From the NCBI GenBank assembly GCA_017461545.1, contig JAFTXP010000021.1, forward strand, positions 3,624 through 67,623: 64,000 nucleotides of DNA, read 5' to 3'. The translations under genes were made by a program, and so were the position numbers. Shown here one piece after another: positions 1-9,154 of the stretch. Below the pieces are notes generated by a model. That model was not told where the DNA came from, did not search any database, and saw nothing but the letters and a program-made list of their open reading frames with translations. Each line of letters starts with the position of its first letter. The stretch's first letter is position 1. This stretch comes from Clostridia bacterium (GTDB taxonomy: Bacteria > Bacillota > Clostridia > UBA1212).

Positions 1-1797
1 GAATGGAAAAAAAATAATAATATTAAAGGTGTCTACATTGACAGCGACACGAAAAGATATTATCCGAACGGTTCGCTGGCTTCTCATGTAATAGGATTTA
101 CCGGAAAAGACGGTGACGGTTTGGTTTGCGGTGTCGAAGTTGCATTAAATGACGTACTTAAAGGTACTGCCGGAAGAGTTATTACAGAAGTTGATGCTTT
201 AGGTAATGAAGTGCCGACAGATGAAGTTAAACGAATTGATCCAATTGACGGATACAATGTTACGCTAACATTAGATGCCACAATTCAATACATGGTTGAG
301 GAAGCCTTGCAGGATGCAACAATTGACTTCGGTGTAGAGGAAGGATGCTGCTGTATAGTTATGGATCCGGATACCGGAGATATTTTGGCAATGGCTTCCA
401 ATCCCTCTTTTGACTTGAATTCACCTTATTCATGCCCTGACGGCATGGATCCGACAGACTGGGTAAACGGTTCTTCCGAGACTGTTGAGATACTTAACTC
501 GACAGTATGGCGTAATAAGGCCTTGACCGATACATATGAGCCGGGTTCAACTTTTAAGACAATTACAGCGTGTGCAGGATTGGAAGAGGGTGTCGTTACT
601 CCTGAAACAGAGTTCAGTGATTCGGCTGTAAATTTGTCGGGATGGACTATTCACTGCTGGCGCCGTGAAGGTCACGGTACAGAGACTTTTGCAAAAGCCA
701 TTATGAACTCATGCAACCCCATTATGGTGCGTGTATCTCAGAAATTGGGCATAAAAACTTTTTACAGTTATGTTGCTGCTTTTGGTTTTACCGAAAAGAC
801 AGGAATATTATTATCCGGTGAGGCAAACAGCGTTATTCACACAAATCCTACCGAAATAGATATGGCGGTTGCCTCTTTCGGGCAGCGTCTTCAGATTACT
901 CCGCTGCAGCTTGTTTCTGCTTACAGTGCTGTTGCAAACGGAGGATATCTTTACGAGCCGAGAATTGTAAAAGAAATAACAGATAACGACGGAAATGTCA
1001 TACAAAGATACGAAACCGAAACGGTTCGTCAGGTTATATCAAACGATACTTCCGAAAAAGTTCTCAAAATGCTTGAGGACACAGTTTCTAAAGGCGGCGG
1101 AAGCAGAGCGTATGTTTCCGGGTACAGAATAGCAGGTAAGACAGGTACATCAGAGACGACAACAACTGATACCACAGGTCGTTATGTGTGTTCTTTTGCC
1201 GGAATTGCTCCTGCCGATGACCCTGAAGTTGTTGTTCTCGTTGTAGTTGACCATCCTACTATCGGCGGTGCATCGGGCGGTGTACAGGCGGCGAGTGTTG
1301 CAGGCAGGCTTTTTCAGGAGATTCTTGATTATATGGAAATTGAAAAGCGTTATACAGAGGATGATCTTAAAAATCTTCTTTCTGCATATGAAGTCCCTTC
1401 TTTCACCGAAGGCACTGTTGCAGATGCTACATATACAATAAATCTTTCTACATTTAACTATGTAATTGTAGGAGATAAATCTGACGATGCTAAAATAGTT
1501 GCACAGTTTCCTGCACCGGGAGTAAAGGTTGCAAGAGAATCGACGATTGTTTTATATACTGATCTTGAATCAAATATTTCACAGGTGCGGGTTCCGGATC
1601 TGAACGGATTATCGCTTGAGGATGCTCATGCGACACTTGTAGGAATGGGTCTTAATATGCGAGCCTACAGTTTAGGTACTGTCGTCGGTCAGAGTATTGA
1701 GGCAGGAACTTATGTTGACAAAGGCAGCGTTATCGAGCTGGATGTTATCGATGAAGAGTCGGAAAATGCAGGTAACGATGCTGTTGTAGAGAATTAG
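1..1797 (+). CDS. Penicillin-binding transpeptidase with C-terminal PASTA domains (SpoVD/FtsI-like), 5'-partial
   Basis: Frame is open from base 1 (EWKKNN...RYYPNGSLASHVIGF). Contains the SxxK (STFK), SxN (SCN) and KTG (KTGT) motifs and two PASTA-like repeats. First gene of a murE-murF-mraY-ftsW run. Confidence 0.9.
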   Translation, partial: EWKKNNNIKGVYIDSDTKRYYPNGSLASHVIGFTGKDGDGLVCGVEVALNDVLKGTAGRVITEVDALGNEVPTDEVKRIDPIDGYNVTLTLDATIQYMVEEALQDATIDFGVEEGCCCIVMDPDTGDILAMASNPSFDLNSPYSCPDGMDPTDWVNGSSETVEILNSTVWRNKALTDTYEPGSTFKTITACAGLEEGVVTPETEFSDSAVNLSGWTIHCWRREGHGTETFAKAIMNSCNPIMVRVSQKLGIKTFYSYVAAFGFTEKTGILLSGEANSVIHTNPTEIDMAVASFGQRLQITPLQLVSAYSAVANGGYLYEPRIVKEITDNDGNVIQRYETETVRQVISNDTSEKVLKMLEDTVSKGGGSRAYVSGYRIAGKTGTSETTTTDTTGRYVCSFAGIAPADDPEVVVLVVVDHPTIGGASGGVQAASVAGRLFQEILDYMEIEKRYTEDDLKNLLSAYEVPSFTEGTVADATYTINLSTFNYVIVGDKSDDAKIVAQFPAPGVKVARESTIVLYTDLESNISQVRVPDLNGLSLEDAHATLVGMGLNMRAYSLGTVVGQSIEAGTYVDKGSVIELDVIDEESENAGNDAVVEN

Positions 1798-1813
1798 TTT
1801 CACGGAGGTATTT

Positions 1814-3289
1814 ATGAAAATCAGTGAAATTATCAGTAGAATTAATTATTGCTCCGTTTCGGGCAATACGGATATAGAAGTTTTTGATGTATGTATAGAT
1901 AACAGAATTTGTAAGGCCGGAGATGCTTTTGTATGTATCAAAGGCTTTACGCGGGACGCTCATGAGTTTGCCGAAAGCGCAATTTCGATGGGCGCTTCTG
2001 CGTTATTTGTTCAGGATGAGCAGAGGTACCGCGAGCTTTGCGAGCGGGCTGAAACAGATAAAGGCTTTTGCGTTGTGTTGGTAAAGGATTCGCGAAAGCT
2101 TCTGCCTGAATTATCGGATGTTGTGTTCGGCCATCCTTCTGCGGAGTTAAATTTAATAGGCGTTACCGGAACAAAAGGAAAAACAACCACCACATATATG
2201 ATTAAAAACATATATGACAAAATGGGTGTAAAAACAGGTCTTATAGGCACTATCTGCAATATGATAGGCGAAGAAATCATAAAGACAGAAAGAACAACAC
2301 CTGAAGCAAATGTCACACAAAAACTTCTTCGAAGAATGGTTGACTCAGATGTCAAGACTTGTGTCATGGAGGCTTCTTCTCAGGGACTTAATCTGAACCG
2401 TGTCGGCGGCTGCGAGTATAACATAGGTATTTTCACAAACCTTTCGCCTGACCATATAGGTCCCAACGAGCACAAGGATATGGATGACTACGCCGCTGCG
2501 AAGGCTAAGTTGTTCGGAATGTGCAGGAAAGGTCTTATAAATATTGACAGCCCGTACAGTGATGTGATGATTAAAAATTCATCATGTGATGTTTATACAT
2601 ACGGAATTGAAAAAGAATGTGATTTCAGAGCTGTAAATATAGAGCTCGGGTCAAGTTACGTAGAATATGATATCTGCGGAAAATGTCCTGCAAAACATGT
2701 AAAGGTTTCTATTCCGGGAAAGTTTTCTGTGTATAATTCACTTGCGGCAATTGCCTGTTGTTACCTTGACGGAGGAGATTTAGATAAAATTGTTGAGGCT
2801 GTGGGAGATGTTGTCGTTTCGGGAAAGGCGGAGAATGTTCCTACGGGAAGAGATTTTGCGGTTATTATAGACTATGCGCACAATCCTGACAGTTTCATAA
2901 ATATTTTGACTACTGTTAAGAGTTTTGCAAAAAGAACGGTATTTTTATTCGGTTGCGGCGGTGACAGAAACAGACCGCGTTCTCTTATGGGAAAGACAGC
3001 AGGAGAGTATGCGGACTTCACAATAATAACTTCCGATAATCCGAGAAGCGAAGAGCCGGAGTCGATAATAAAAGATATTGAAGTCGGAATAAAAGAGACA
3101 GGCGCTGAATATGTGTGTATTACGGACAGAGCAGAGGCTATAAGATATGCAATTTTGAATGCAAGGCCGGGCGATGTGATAGTCCTTGCCGGTAAAGGGC
3201 ATGAGACATATCAGATTTTTAAAGATAAAACCGTTCATTTTGATGAACGCGAGGTTGTAGCACAGGTGCTTGCCGAAATCGGAGGGTAA
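1814..3289 (+). CDS. murE: UDP-N-acetylmuramoyl-L-alanyl-D-glutamate--diaminopimelate ligase
   Basis: Motifs GVTGTKGKTTTT, RTTPE, MEASSQG, DYAHNPDS, DNPR and LAGKGHETYQ; GGAGG RBS; dcw context. Confidence 0.96.
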   Translation: MKISEIISRINYCSVSGNTDIEVFDVCIDNRICKAGDAFVCIKGFTRDAHEFAESAISMGASALFVQDEQRYRELCERAETDKGFCVVLVKDSRKLLPELSDVVFGHPSAELNLIGVTGTKGKTTTTYMIKNIYDKMGVKTGLIGTICNMIGEEIIKTERTTPEANVTQKLLRRMVDSDVKTCVMEASSQGLNLNRVGGCEYNIGIFTNLSPDHIGPNEHKDMDDYAAAKAKLFGMCRKGLINIDSPYSDVMIKNSSCDVYTYGIEKECDFRAVNIELGSSYVEYDICGKCPAKHVKVSIPGKFSVYNSLAAIACCYLDGGDLDKIVEAVGDVVVSGKAENVPTGRDFAVIIDYAHNPDSFINILTTVKSFAKRTVFLFGCGGDRNRPRSLMGKTAGEYADFTIITSDNPRSEEPESIIKDIEVGIKETGAEYVCITDRAEAIRYAILNARPGDVIVLAGKGHETYQIFKDKTVHFDEREVVAQVLAEIGG

Positions 3290-3296
3290 CTTTTTT

Positions 3297-4718
3297 ATGA
3301 TGTATGCGGGTGAGATTGCAGATGCAATCGGCGGAAAAATAATAGGGAATCCCGATGTGTGTTTTGAGTACGTTGTTACGGATTCACGTTTGATAAATGA
3401 AGACAATGCGGGAAAAAGCATTTTTGTTGCTCTTACAGGTGAAGTTTTTGACGGACATAATTATATTGCGTCGGTTGTCGGAAAAGGTGTTAAGGCTGTG
3501 ATGTGCAGTAAGCTTCCTGAGGTTTCATGTGACGCTGTAATTTTGGTTGAAAATACACTTGAAGGTTTGGGGAATATAGCATCCTACCACCGCAGGAAAT
3601 TTGATATTCCGGTATGCGCGGTTACAGGCAGCGTGGGTAAAACTTCTACAAAAGAGATGATTGCCGCGGTTCTTGCAAGTTCATTCAATGTCCTGAAAAC
3701 AGAGAAGAACTTCAATAATGAAATAGGTCTTCCTATGACACTGCTCAAAATGAATGAGAGACATACTGCGGCCGTTGTTGAAATGGGGATGAGGGGTCTC
3801 GGTCAGATAAAATATCTTTGCAACTTTGCTTTGCCGACGATCGGTGTTATTACAAATATCGGTGTGGCGCATATGGAGCTTTTGAAATCCAGAGAAAACA
3901 TTTTCAAGGCAAAGCTTGAAATTGCATCAAAGCTGCCGGAGAATGCTCCTCTTGTTCTGTGGGGCGACGATGAATTCCTTTCAGACAGGGCGGCAGTTGA
4001 AAAAGAGATTGAACAGTACGGAAAAAAATTTGATATAGTCTATTTCGGTACGAAAGAAAATTGTGATTTCCGCGCTGAGAATATTGAAACGGATGAAGAC
4101 AACCGGTACACTTTTGATATAGTCACACCGGAGGAAAAAAGAAAAGTAACACTAAATATTCCCGGCCGTCATAATGTAATAAATGCAACCGCTGCCGTTA
4201 CTGTGGCAATTAAATGCGGCGCGAAACTGTGCGACTGCATAAAGGCTCTTGAAAATTATTACGGCGACGGAATACGACAGAATATTATCAAAAAAAATGG
4301 TATTACAGTAATTGACGATACATATAACGCAGGCCCTGAGTCTATGAAGGCTTCATTGTCAGTGCTTGGCGCGATGAAAGGAGTCAGTCGGAAAATAGCC
4401 GTTCTCGGCGATATGCTTGAACTCGGTGACGAATCCGCAAATGCCCATGTTTCAATAGGCGAGTATGCTGCGTCGCTGGGTATTGATGTTTTGATTACTT
4501 CCGGAGAGGCTATGGCGGACGCTGCAGATGCTTTTGTACGTATCGGGGAGTTGAAAGGTATTAAAATATATGCTATAAAGACTGATGATGCAAAAATTGC
4601 AGCTGAAAAGGCGATTGAGATTGTAGAAAACGGTGATGCCGTGTTGGTAAAGGGATCTCATTCCATGCATATGGAGATTGTTACAAAGGCATTAACTGAG
4701 CAATACAGCAGAAATTGA
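3297..4718 (+). CDS. murF: UDP-N-acetylmuramoyl-tripeptide--D-alanyl-D-alanine ligase
   Basis: Motifs AVTGSVGKTSTKEMI, NFNNEIGLP, EMGM, DDTYNAGPESM, LGDMLELG and VKGS. Start moved to the ATG at 3297, which follows GGAGG. Confidence 0.95.
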   Translation: MMYAGEIADAIGGKIIGNPDVCFEYVVTDSRLINEDNAGKSIFVALTGEVFDGHNYIASVVGKGVKAVMCSKLPEVSCDAVILVENTLEGLGNIASYHRRKFDIPVCAVTGSVGKTSTKEMIAAVLASSFNVLKTEKNFNNEIGLPMTLLKMNERHTAAVVEMGMRGLGQIKYLCNFALPTIGVITNIGVAHMELLKSRENIFKAKLEIASKLPENAPLVLWGDDEFLSDRAAVEKEIEQYGKKFDIVYFGTKENCDFRAENIETDEDNRYTFDIVTPEEKRKVTLNIPGRHNVINATAAVTVAIKCGAKLCDCIKALENYYGDGIRQNIIKKNGITVIDDTYNAGPESMKASLSVLGAMKGVSRKIAVLGDMLELGDESANAHVSIGEYAASLGIDVLITSGEAMADAADAFVRIGELKGIKIYAIKTDDAKIAAEKAIEIVENGDAVLVKGSHSMHMEIVTKALTEQYSRN

Positions 4719-4760
4719 TTTGCATTTGATTTATACGTTTTTTCTAACGGAGATGGTATT

Positions 4761-5735
4761 ATGACAGGAAAAGTAATAGGAATATTTTTAGTATCGTTCC
4801 TGATAGCAGTGCTTTCAGGGCCGATTTATATTCCCTTCTTAAAAAAACTTAAATTCGGTCAGACGGTAAGAGATGACGGACCGCAGACACATTTAAAGAA
4901 AACAGGAACTCCGACGATAGGCGGCTTGATATTCTTAACACCTGCTGTTATTGTCGGACTGGTATTGTTTTTTATAGGATGGGCTCCGAAAATCCTTCCT
5001 GTTCTGCTGGTCACGGTAGGCTTTGGTTTTGTGGGTTTTTTTGATGACTATCTGAAAATCATAAAAAAGTCAAAGGACGGACTTCTCTGGTATCAGAAAA
5101 TGGGCGCCTTGCTCGTAATATCGGTTGCTTTTTCTCTGTACGAATATTTCTTCAACAAAGATGCCGCAACAATAATACTTGAGTTTTTCGGCAAAGAGCT
5201 TTCATTAAATCTAAGTTGGTTCTTCGTACCGTTTGCGATTTTTGTACTTCTCGCGTCTACAAACTCCGTTAATTTGACAGACGGACTCGATGGTTTATGT
5301 GCAGGCAATGCATTTATAGTATTCCTGTTTTTCTTCGCAGTTTCGATGCTGATTGAGCCGAATGACAGTGTTGCTCTGTTTTCAGTTATGATGGCAGGTT
5401 CTGTTTTAGGATTTTTAATATTTAACTATCATCCCGCGAAAGTATTTATGGGTGATACCGGTTCTCTGGCGCTCGGCGGTGCACTTGGGGCTTGTGCCAT
5501 TGTTCTGAACCGTCCGTTTCTGATTGTAGGTGCAGGATTGCTCTTTGTTCTTGAGGCAGTTTCTGTTTTGCTCCAAGTCAGTTATTTTAAGTTGACAAAG
5601 GGAAAAAGACTTTTCAGAATGGCGCCGCTTCACCACCATTTCGAATTAAAGGGATGGAAAGAGTTAAAAGTCACATATGTATTTTGGACATTCACTTTAG
5701 TTTGCTGCATAATTACATATTTGATTATAAGATGA
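4761..5735 (+). CDS. mraY: Phospho-N-acetylmuramoyl-pentapeptide transferase
   Basis: Motifs KTGTPTIGG, DDYLK, NLTDGLDGL, FMGDTGSLALG and MAPLHHHFE; multiple TM segments. Confidence 0.97.
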   Translation: MTGKVIGIFLVSFLIAVLSGPIYIPFLKKLKFGQTVRDDGPQTHLKKTGTPTIGGLIFLTPAVIVGLVLFFIGWAPKILPVLLVTVGFGFVGFFDDYLKIIKKSKDGLLWYQKMGALLVISVAFSLYEYFFNKDAATIILEFFGKELSLNLSWFFVPFAIFVLLASTNSVNLTDGLDGLCAGNAFIVFLFFFAVSMLIEPNDSVALFSVMMAGSVLGFLIFNYHPAKVFMGDTGSLALGGALGACAIVLNRPFLIVGAGLLFVLEAVSVLLQVSYFKLTKGKRLFRMAPLHHHFELKGWKELKVTYVFWTFTLVCCIITYLIIR

Positions 5736-5762
5736 TTGATTTTCTCTGTTAAGGGGTTTTTT

Positions 5763-6881
5763 ATGGCAGATATAAGAAAACGGCAACCTGATTTTTGGTT
5801 ATTATTAAGTGTAATATTGCTTGTGATTGTAGGTACTGTGATGATTTGCAGCGCCAGTCCTGCTACGTCCAAGAACAGTGCAGACGGTGATTCCTATACT
5901 GTTATAAAAAAGCAGCTTCTTTATGTCACAATAGGTTTTGGCTGTATGTTTGCTGCGTATGCTGCAAATTTTGAAAGATTGATTAAGAAATTTTCTATTG
6001 TGTACTTTGCTGTTACAATTTTGCTTCTTGCTGCTGTTTTCTCGCCTCTCGGGGTGGAACTTAACTATTCAAGAAGATGGATTAATCTCGGATTGTCTAT
6101 TCAGCCGTCGGAGTTTTTTAAGACCGCAATGATTTTATATCTGGCATACGTTTTTTCGCATCCTAAAATTAAAGATAAGGCTCGCGGTATGTGGGGTCTT
6201 ATGATTGTGATTGCACCTATAGCATGCGGTATGGTTTTGATTTTTCTTGAGCCTCATGTAAGCTGTCTTATCATATTAGGTATAGTTATGGTTGCAATGA
6301 TGGTTTTCGGAAGGCTGAAACCGTATATGTATGCTGTGTTGGGCGGCGGAATTGCGGCAGCCGGTGTTGCAGCGTATACATTTGTGCCGCATGTACAAAA
6401 ACGTTTAAATTCTTTTTTTGGCTCAGGTACAGCTGAAAATTCGTCAGACACGTGGCAGGCCACACAGTCGCTTTACGCTATCGGCTCAGGCGGTTTAAGA
6501 GGTGTAGGACTTGGTGAGAGTATGCAAAAGCAGCTATATTTACCGGAACCTTACAATGACTTTATTTTCGCAATTCTGGCAGAGGAACTAGGTTTTCTCG
6601 GGTGCGTAGCGGTCATTTTGCTTTTTGTAATGCTTATATGGCGCGGATTTAAAGTTGCAATGTTTGCCAAAGATTCCTATAGTGCGTTGGTTGCTGTCGG
6701 TCTTACCACTTTGATTGCAACACAATTCATTTTAAATATTGCGGTTGTTACAAATATTCTTCCGGTAACAGGTGTTTCGCTTCCGTTTTTCAGTTACGGC
6801 GGTACATCACTTATGACTATGATGCTTAATGCGGGAATTCTTTTGAACATATCAAGGGAAGCGGATTATATAAAATTTTAA
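5763..6881 (+). CDS. ftsW: SEDS family peptidoglycan glycosyltransferase (FtsW/SpoVE)
   Basis: Motifs RRWINLG.SIQPSEFFK, LPEPYNDFIFAILAEELG and LPFFSYGGTS. Start taken at the ATG at 5763. Confidence 0.92.
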   Translation: MADIRKRQPDFWLLLSVILLVIVGTVMICSASPATSKNSADGDSYTVIKKQLLYVTIGFGCMFAAYAANFERLIKKFSIVYFAVTILLLAAVFSPLGVELNYSRRWINLGLSIQPSEFFKTAMILYLAYVFSHPKIKDKARGMWGLMIVIAPIACGMVLIFLEPHVSCLIILGIVMVAMMVFGRLKPYMYAVLGGGIAAAGVAAYTFVPHVQKRLNSFFGSGTAENSSDTWQATQSLYAIGSGGLRGVGLGESMQKQLYLPEPYNDFIFAILAEELGFLGCVAVILLFVMLIWRGFKVAMFAKDSYSALVAVGLTTLIATQFILNIAVVTNILPVTGVSLPFFSYGGTSLMTMMLNAGILLNISREADYIKF

Positions 6882-6935
6882 AAAGAAGTGTGAAAAATAT
6901 GGGAAAATATTTTTCACACTTCTTTTTAAAATTTT
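6872..6935. repeat. Perfect 29-bp inverted repeat with a 6-nt loop overlapping the ftsW stop codon
   Basis: 6872-6900 aaaattttaaaaagaagtgtgaaaaatat is the exact reverse complement of 6907-6935. Confidence 0.9.
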
Positions 6936-7095
6936 TACCAAAGAGTAGCGGTACAAAGAACGGTGGAAAAATATTTTTTCACTCTGTTTTTTAAAATTTT
7001 TACCAGAGAGTAGCGGTACAGAGAACAGTGGGAAAATATTTTTCACACTTCTTTTTAAAATTTTTACCAAAGAGTAGCGGTACAGAGAATGGAGT
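6901..7095. repeat. Three tandem copies of an approximately 65-bp unit
   Basis: Unit gg(g/a)aaaatattttt(t)cac..tttttaaaatttttacca.agagtagcggtaca.agaa starts at 6901, 6965 and 7030, followed by a partial fourth start. Confidence 0.9.
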
Positions 7096-7194
7096 AAAAT
7101 ATTTTTCGCTTTTTACATTTGCGGATAAAATGTAAAATGAATTGCGGAAAATAGAGCTGTTGCGTAATATAACGGAAGGATAGGTAAGCTAACG

Positions 7195-7572
7195 GTGGAA
7201 ACAGTCGATGATATATTACTGAAATTGAATTCTTCAAAGTTTCGTTCAAGTTTTCATTTAAATAAGAAGGATATAGATTATATAAACAAAAAAGGTATTG
7301 ATACTATCCGCAACCATTGTGCGGATTTTGTAAGGCAAAGACTTGCTCCTGCGGTCATTCCCAATGATGGCAGACAGACGCCTATGAGAGGTCATCCTGT
7401 ATTCGTTGCGCAGCATGCCTGTGCATGTTGCTGCAGAGGATGCTTTGAAAAGTGGTACGGTGTGCCGCGAGATGTTCAATTATCTGGAAAACAGCAGGAA
7501 AAAGCAGTTGAATTGCTTATGGCTTGGATTGAAAGAGAGTTCAGCGAAAGCAAGCCGAGGAATGTAATTTGA
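7195..7572 (+). CDS. DUF4186 family protein
   Basis: SKFRSSFHL...NDGRQTPMRGHPVFVAQHACACCCRGCFEKW matches the family pattern from recall. Confidence 0.8.
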   Translation: METVDDILLKLNSSKFRSSFHLNKKDIDYINKKGIDTIRNHCADFVRQRLAPAVIPNDGRQTPMRGHPVFVAQHACACCCRGCFEKWYGVPRDVQLSGKQQEKAVELLMAWIEREFSESKPRNVI

Positions 7573-7585
7573 TTGCAATAAATTA

Positions 7586-7614
7586 TTGACTTGTATTTTA
7601 TTTCTTTGTAAAAT
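7586..7614 (+). promoter_or_regulatory. Sigma-A-type promoter upstream of ald
   Basis: TTGACT-17 bp-TAAAAT. Confidence 0.55.
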
Positions 7615-7659
7615 TAATCGTTATTTTTATTCTTAAACTTTTTGAAAGGTGTTGTGCGT

Positions 7660-8775
7660 ATGATAATCGGAACAACTAAAGAACTCAAAAATCACGAGTA
7701 TCGTGTAGGTCTTACCCCTGATAACGTAATGGCTTACGTTGCTAAAGGACATAAGGTTTATGTAGAAACTAATGCCGGTTTGGGTGCCGGATTTACCGAT
7801 GAGGAATATATAGAGGCAGGCGCCGCGATTCTGGCGACTCCTAAAGAAGTTTTTGACATAGCGGATATGATTGTTAAGGTTAAAGAGCCTGAGGAATGCG
7901 AGTATGATCTTTTGAGAGAGGGTCAGATACTTTTTACATATCTCCACCTTGCTCCGAATCCTAAGCTTACAGATGCCCTTATGAAGAAGGGTGTAAAAGC
8001 AGTCGCCTTTGAAACAATCACAGATAACGAAGGAAATCTTCCTTGCCTCAGACCGATGAGCCAGATTGCAGGCCGTCTTTCCATTCAGGAGGGTGCAAAA
8101 TTTCTCGAAAAAGCATACGGCGGACGCGGTGTTCTTCTCGGCGGCGTTCCGGGTGTAGAACGCGGAAAAATAGTTATCGTCGGAGGCGGTATCGCAGGTA
8201 CATTTGCGGCAAAAGCTGCTGTCGGTATTGACGCACAGGTTACATTGCTTGATATAAATGCAAACAGACTTGCATATCTCGAAGATATATTCGGTGCTTC
8301 TGTCACAACTCTTTACAGCACAGAGGCGAATATCAGAAAGTCTCTCAAAGAGGCAGATCTTGTTATAGGTTCAGTTCTTATTCCTGGTGGAAAAACACCG
8401 AAGCTTATAAGACGCGAGCATCTTTCGATTATGAAAAAAGGTGCGGTTATTGTTGATATTGCAATTGACCAGGGAGGTTGTTGTGAGACTTCGCATGTTA
8501 CTACACATGCTGATCCGGTATACATCGAAGAAGGTGTTGTTCACTATTGTGTAGGAAATATGCCGGGAGCAGTTCCGCGTACTTCGACTATTGCACTTGC
8601 AAACTCAACTTTCCGTTACGGCATGCTTATGGCAGAGAACGGCTTGGAGAAGGCTGTTGCAATGGATAAGGGTCTTGCAGACGGTGTCAATATTTACTGC
8701 GGTAAGTGCACAAATAAGAATGTTGCAGACAGCCTCGGATTGGACTACACTCCTTTAGCGGATATTGTAAAGTAA
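7660..8775 (+). CDS. ald: Alanine dehydrogenase
   Basis: Motifs IGTTKELKNHEYRVGLTP, VKVKEP, FTYLHLA, GGVPGV, DIAIDQGGC and VGNMPGAVPRTST. Start at the ATG at 7660, after GAAAGGT. Confidence 0.96.
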   Translation: MIIGTTKELKNHEYRVGLTPDNVMAYVAKGHKVYVETNAGLGAGFTDEEYIEAGAAILATPKEVFDIADMIVKVKEPEECEYDLLREGQILFTYLHLAPNPKLTDALMKKGVKAVAFETITDNEGNLPCLRPMSQIAGRLSIQEGAKFLEKAYGGRGVLLGGVPGVERGKIVIVGGGIAGTFAAKAAVGIDAQVTLLDINANRLAYLEDIFGASVTTLYSTEANIRKSLKEADLVIGSVLIPGGKTPKLIRREHLSIMKKGAVIVDIAIDQGGCCETSHVTTHADPVYIEEGVVHYCVGNMPGAVPRTSTIALANSTFRYGMLMAENGLEKAVAMDKGLADGVNIYCGKCTNKNVADSLGLDYTPLADIVK

Positions 8776-8815
8776 GATAATCTTTTCTTTTGTTATTAAA
8801 CGGAGGTTAATATTC

Positions 8816-9034
8816 ATGGATATCAAAGCAAAAATTAATGAAATCGCAGATAAAATCAAGAACGACGATAATCTCAAGGCAAATTTCAAGAATGATCCTA
8901 TTAGTGTTGTAGAAAACCTCATCGGTGTTGATTTGCCAAATGATCAGATTGAAAAGATTGTGGATGGAATCAAGGCCAAAATTTCTTTCGACAGCATCGG
9001 CGACAAGCTCGGCGGACTTTTCGGTAAGAAATAA
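8816..9034 (+). CDS. Small hypothetical protein (72 aa)
   Basis: GGAGG RBS, plausible composition and a terminator downstream. Confidence 0.7.
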   Translation: MDIKAKINEIADKIKNDDNLKANFKNDPISVVENLIGVDLPNDQIEKIVDGIKAKISFDSIGDKLGGLFGKK

Positions 9035-9058
9035 TTTCATTGAATTAATATGATTTTT

Positions 9059-9096
9059 AAAAGCGGGCTCACTTTGCACGAAGTGAGCCCGCTTTT
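9059..9096. terminator. Bidirectional intrinsic terminator
   Basis: aaaagcgggctcactt / aagtgagcccgctttt between convergent genes. Confidence 0.8.
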
Positions 9097-9154
9097 GTCA
9101 ACCAAAACTGTTTTCTGTCGCTTTCTGTTTTGTTTGCCGCCTTGCATGTCATTT

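Noticed and set aside
6901-7095. CRISPR array
   Set aside because: The units are contiguous near-identical repeats with no unique spacers, and no cas genes are present.
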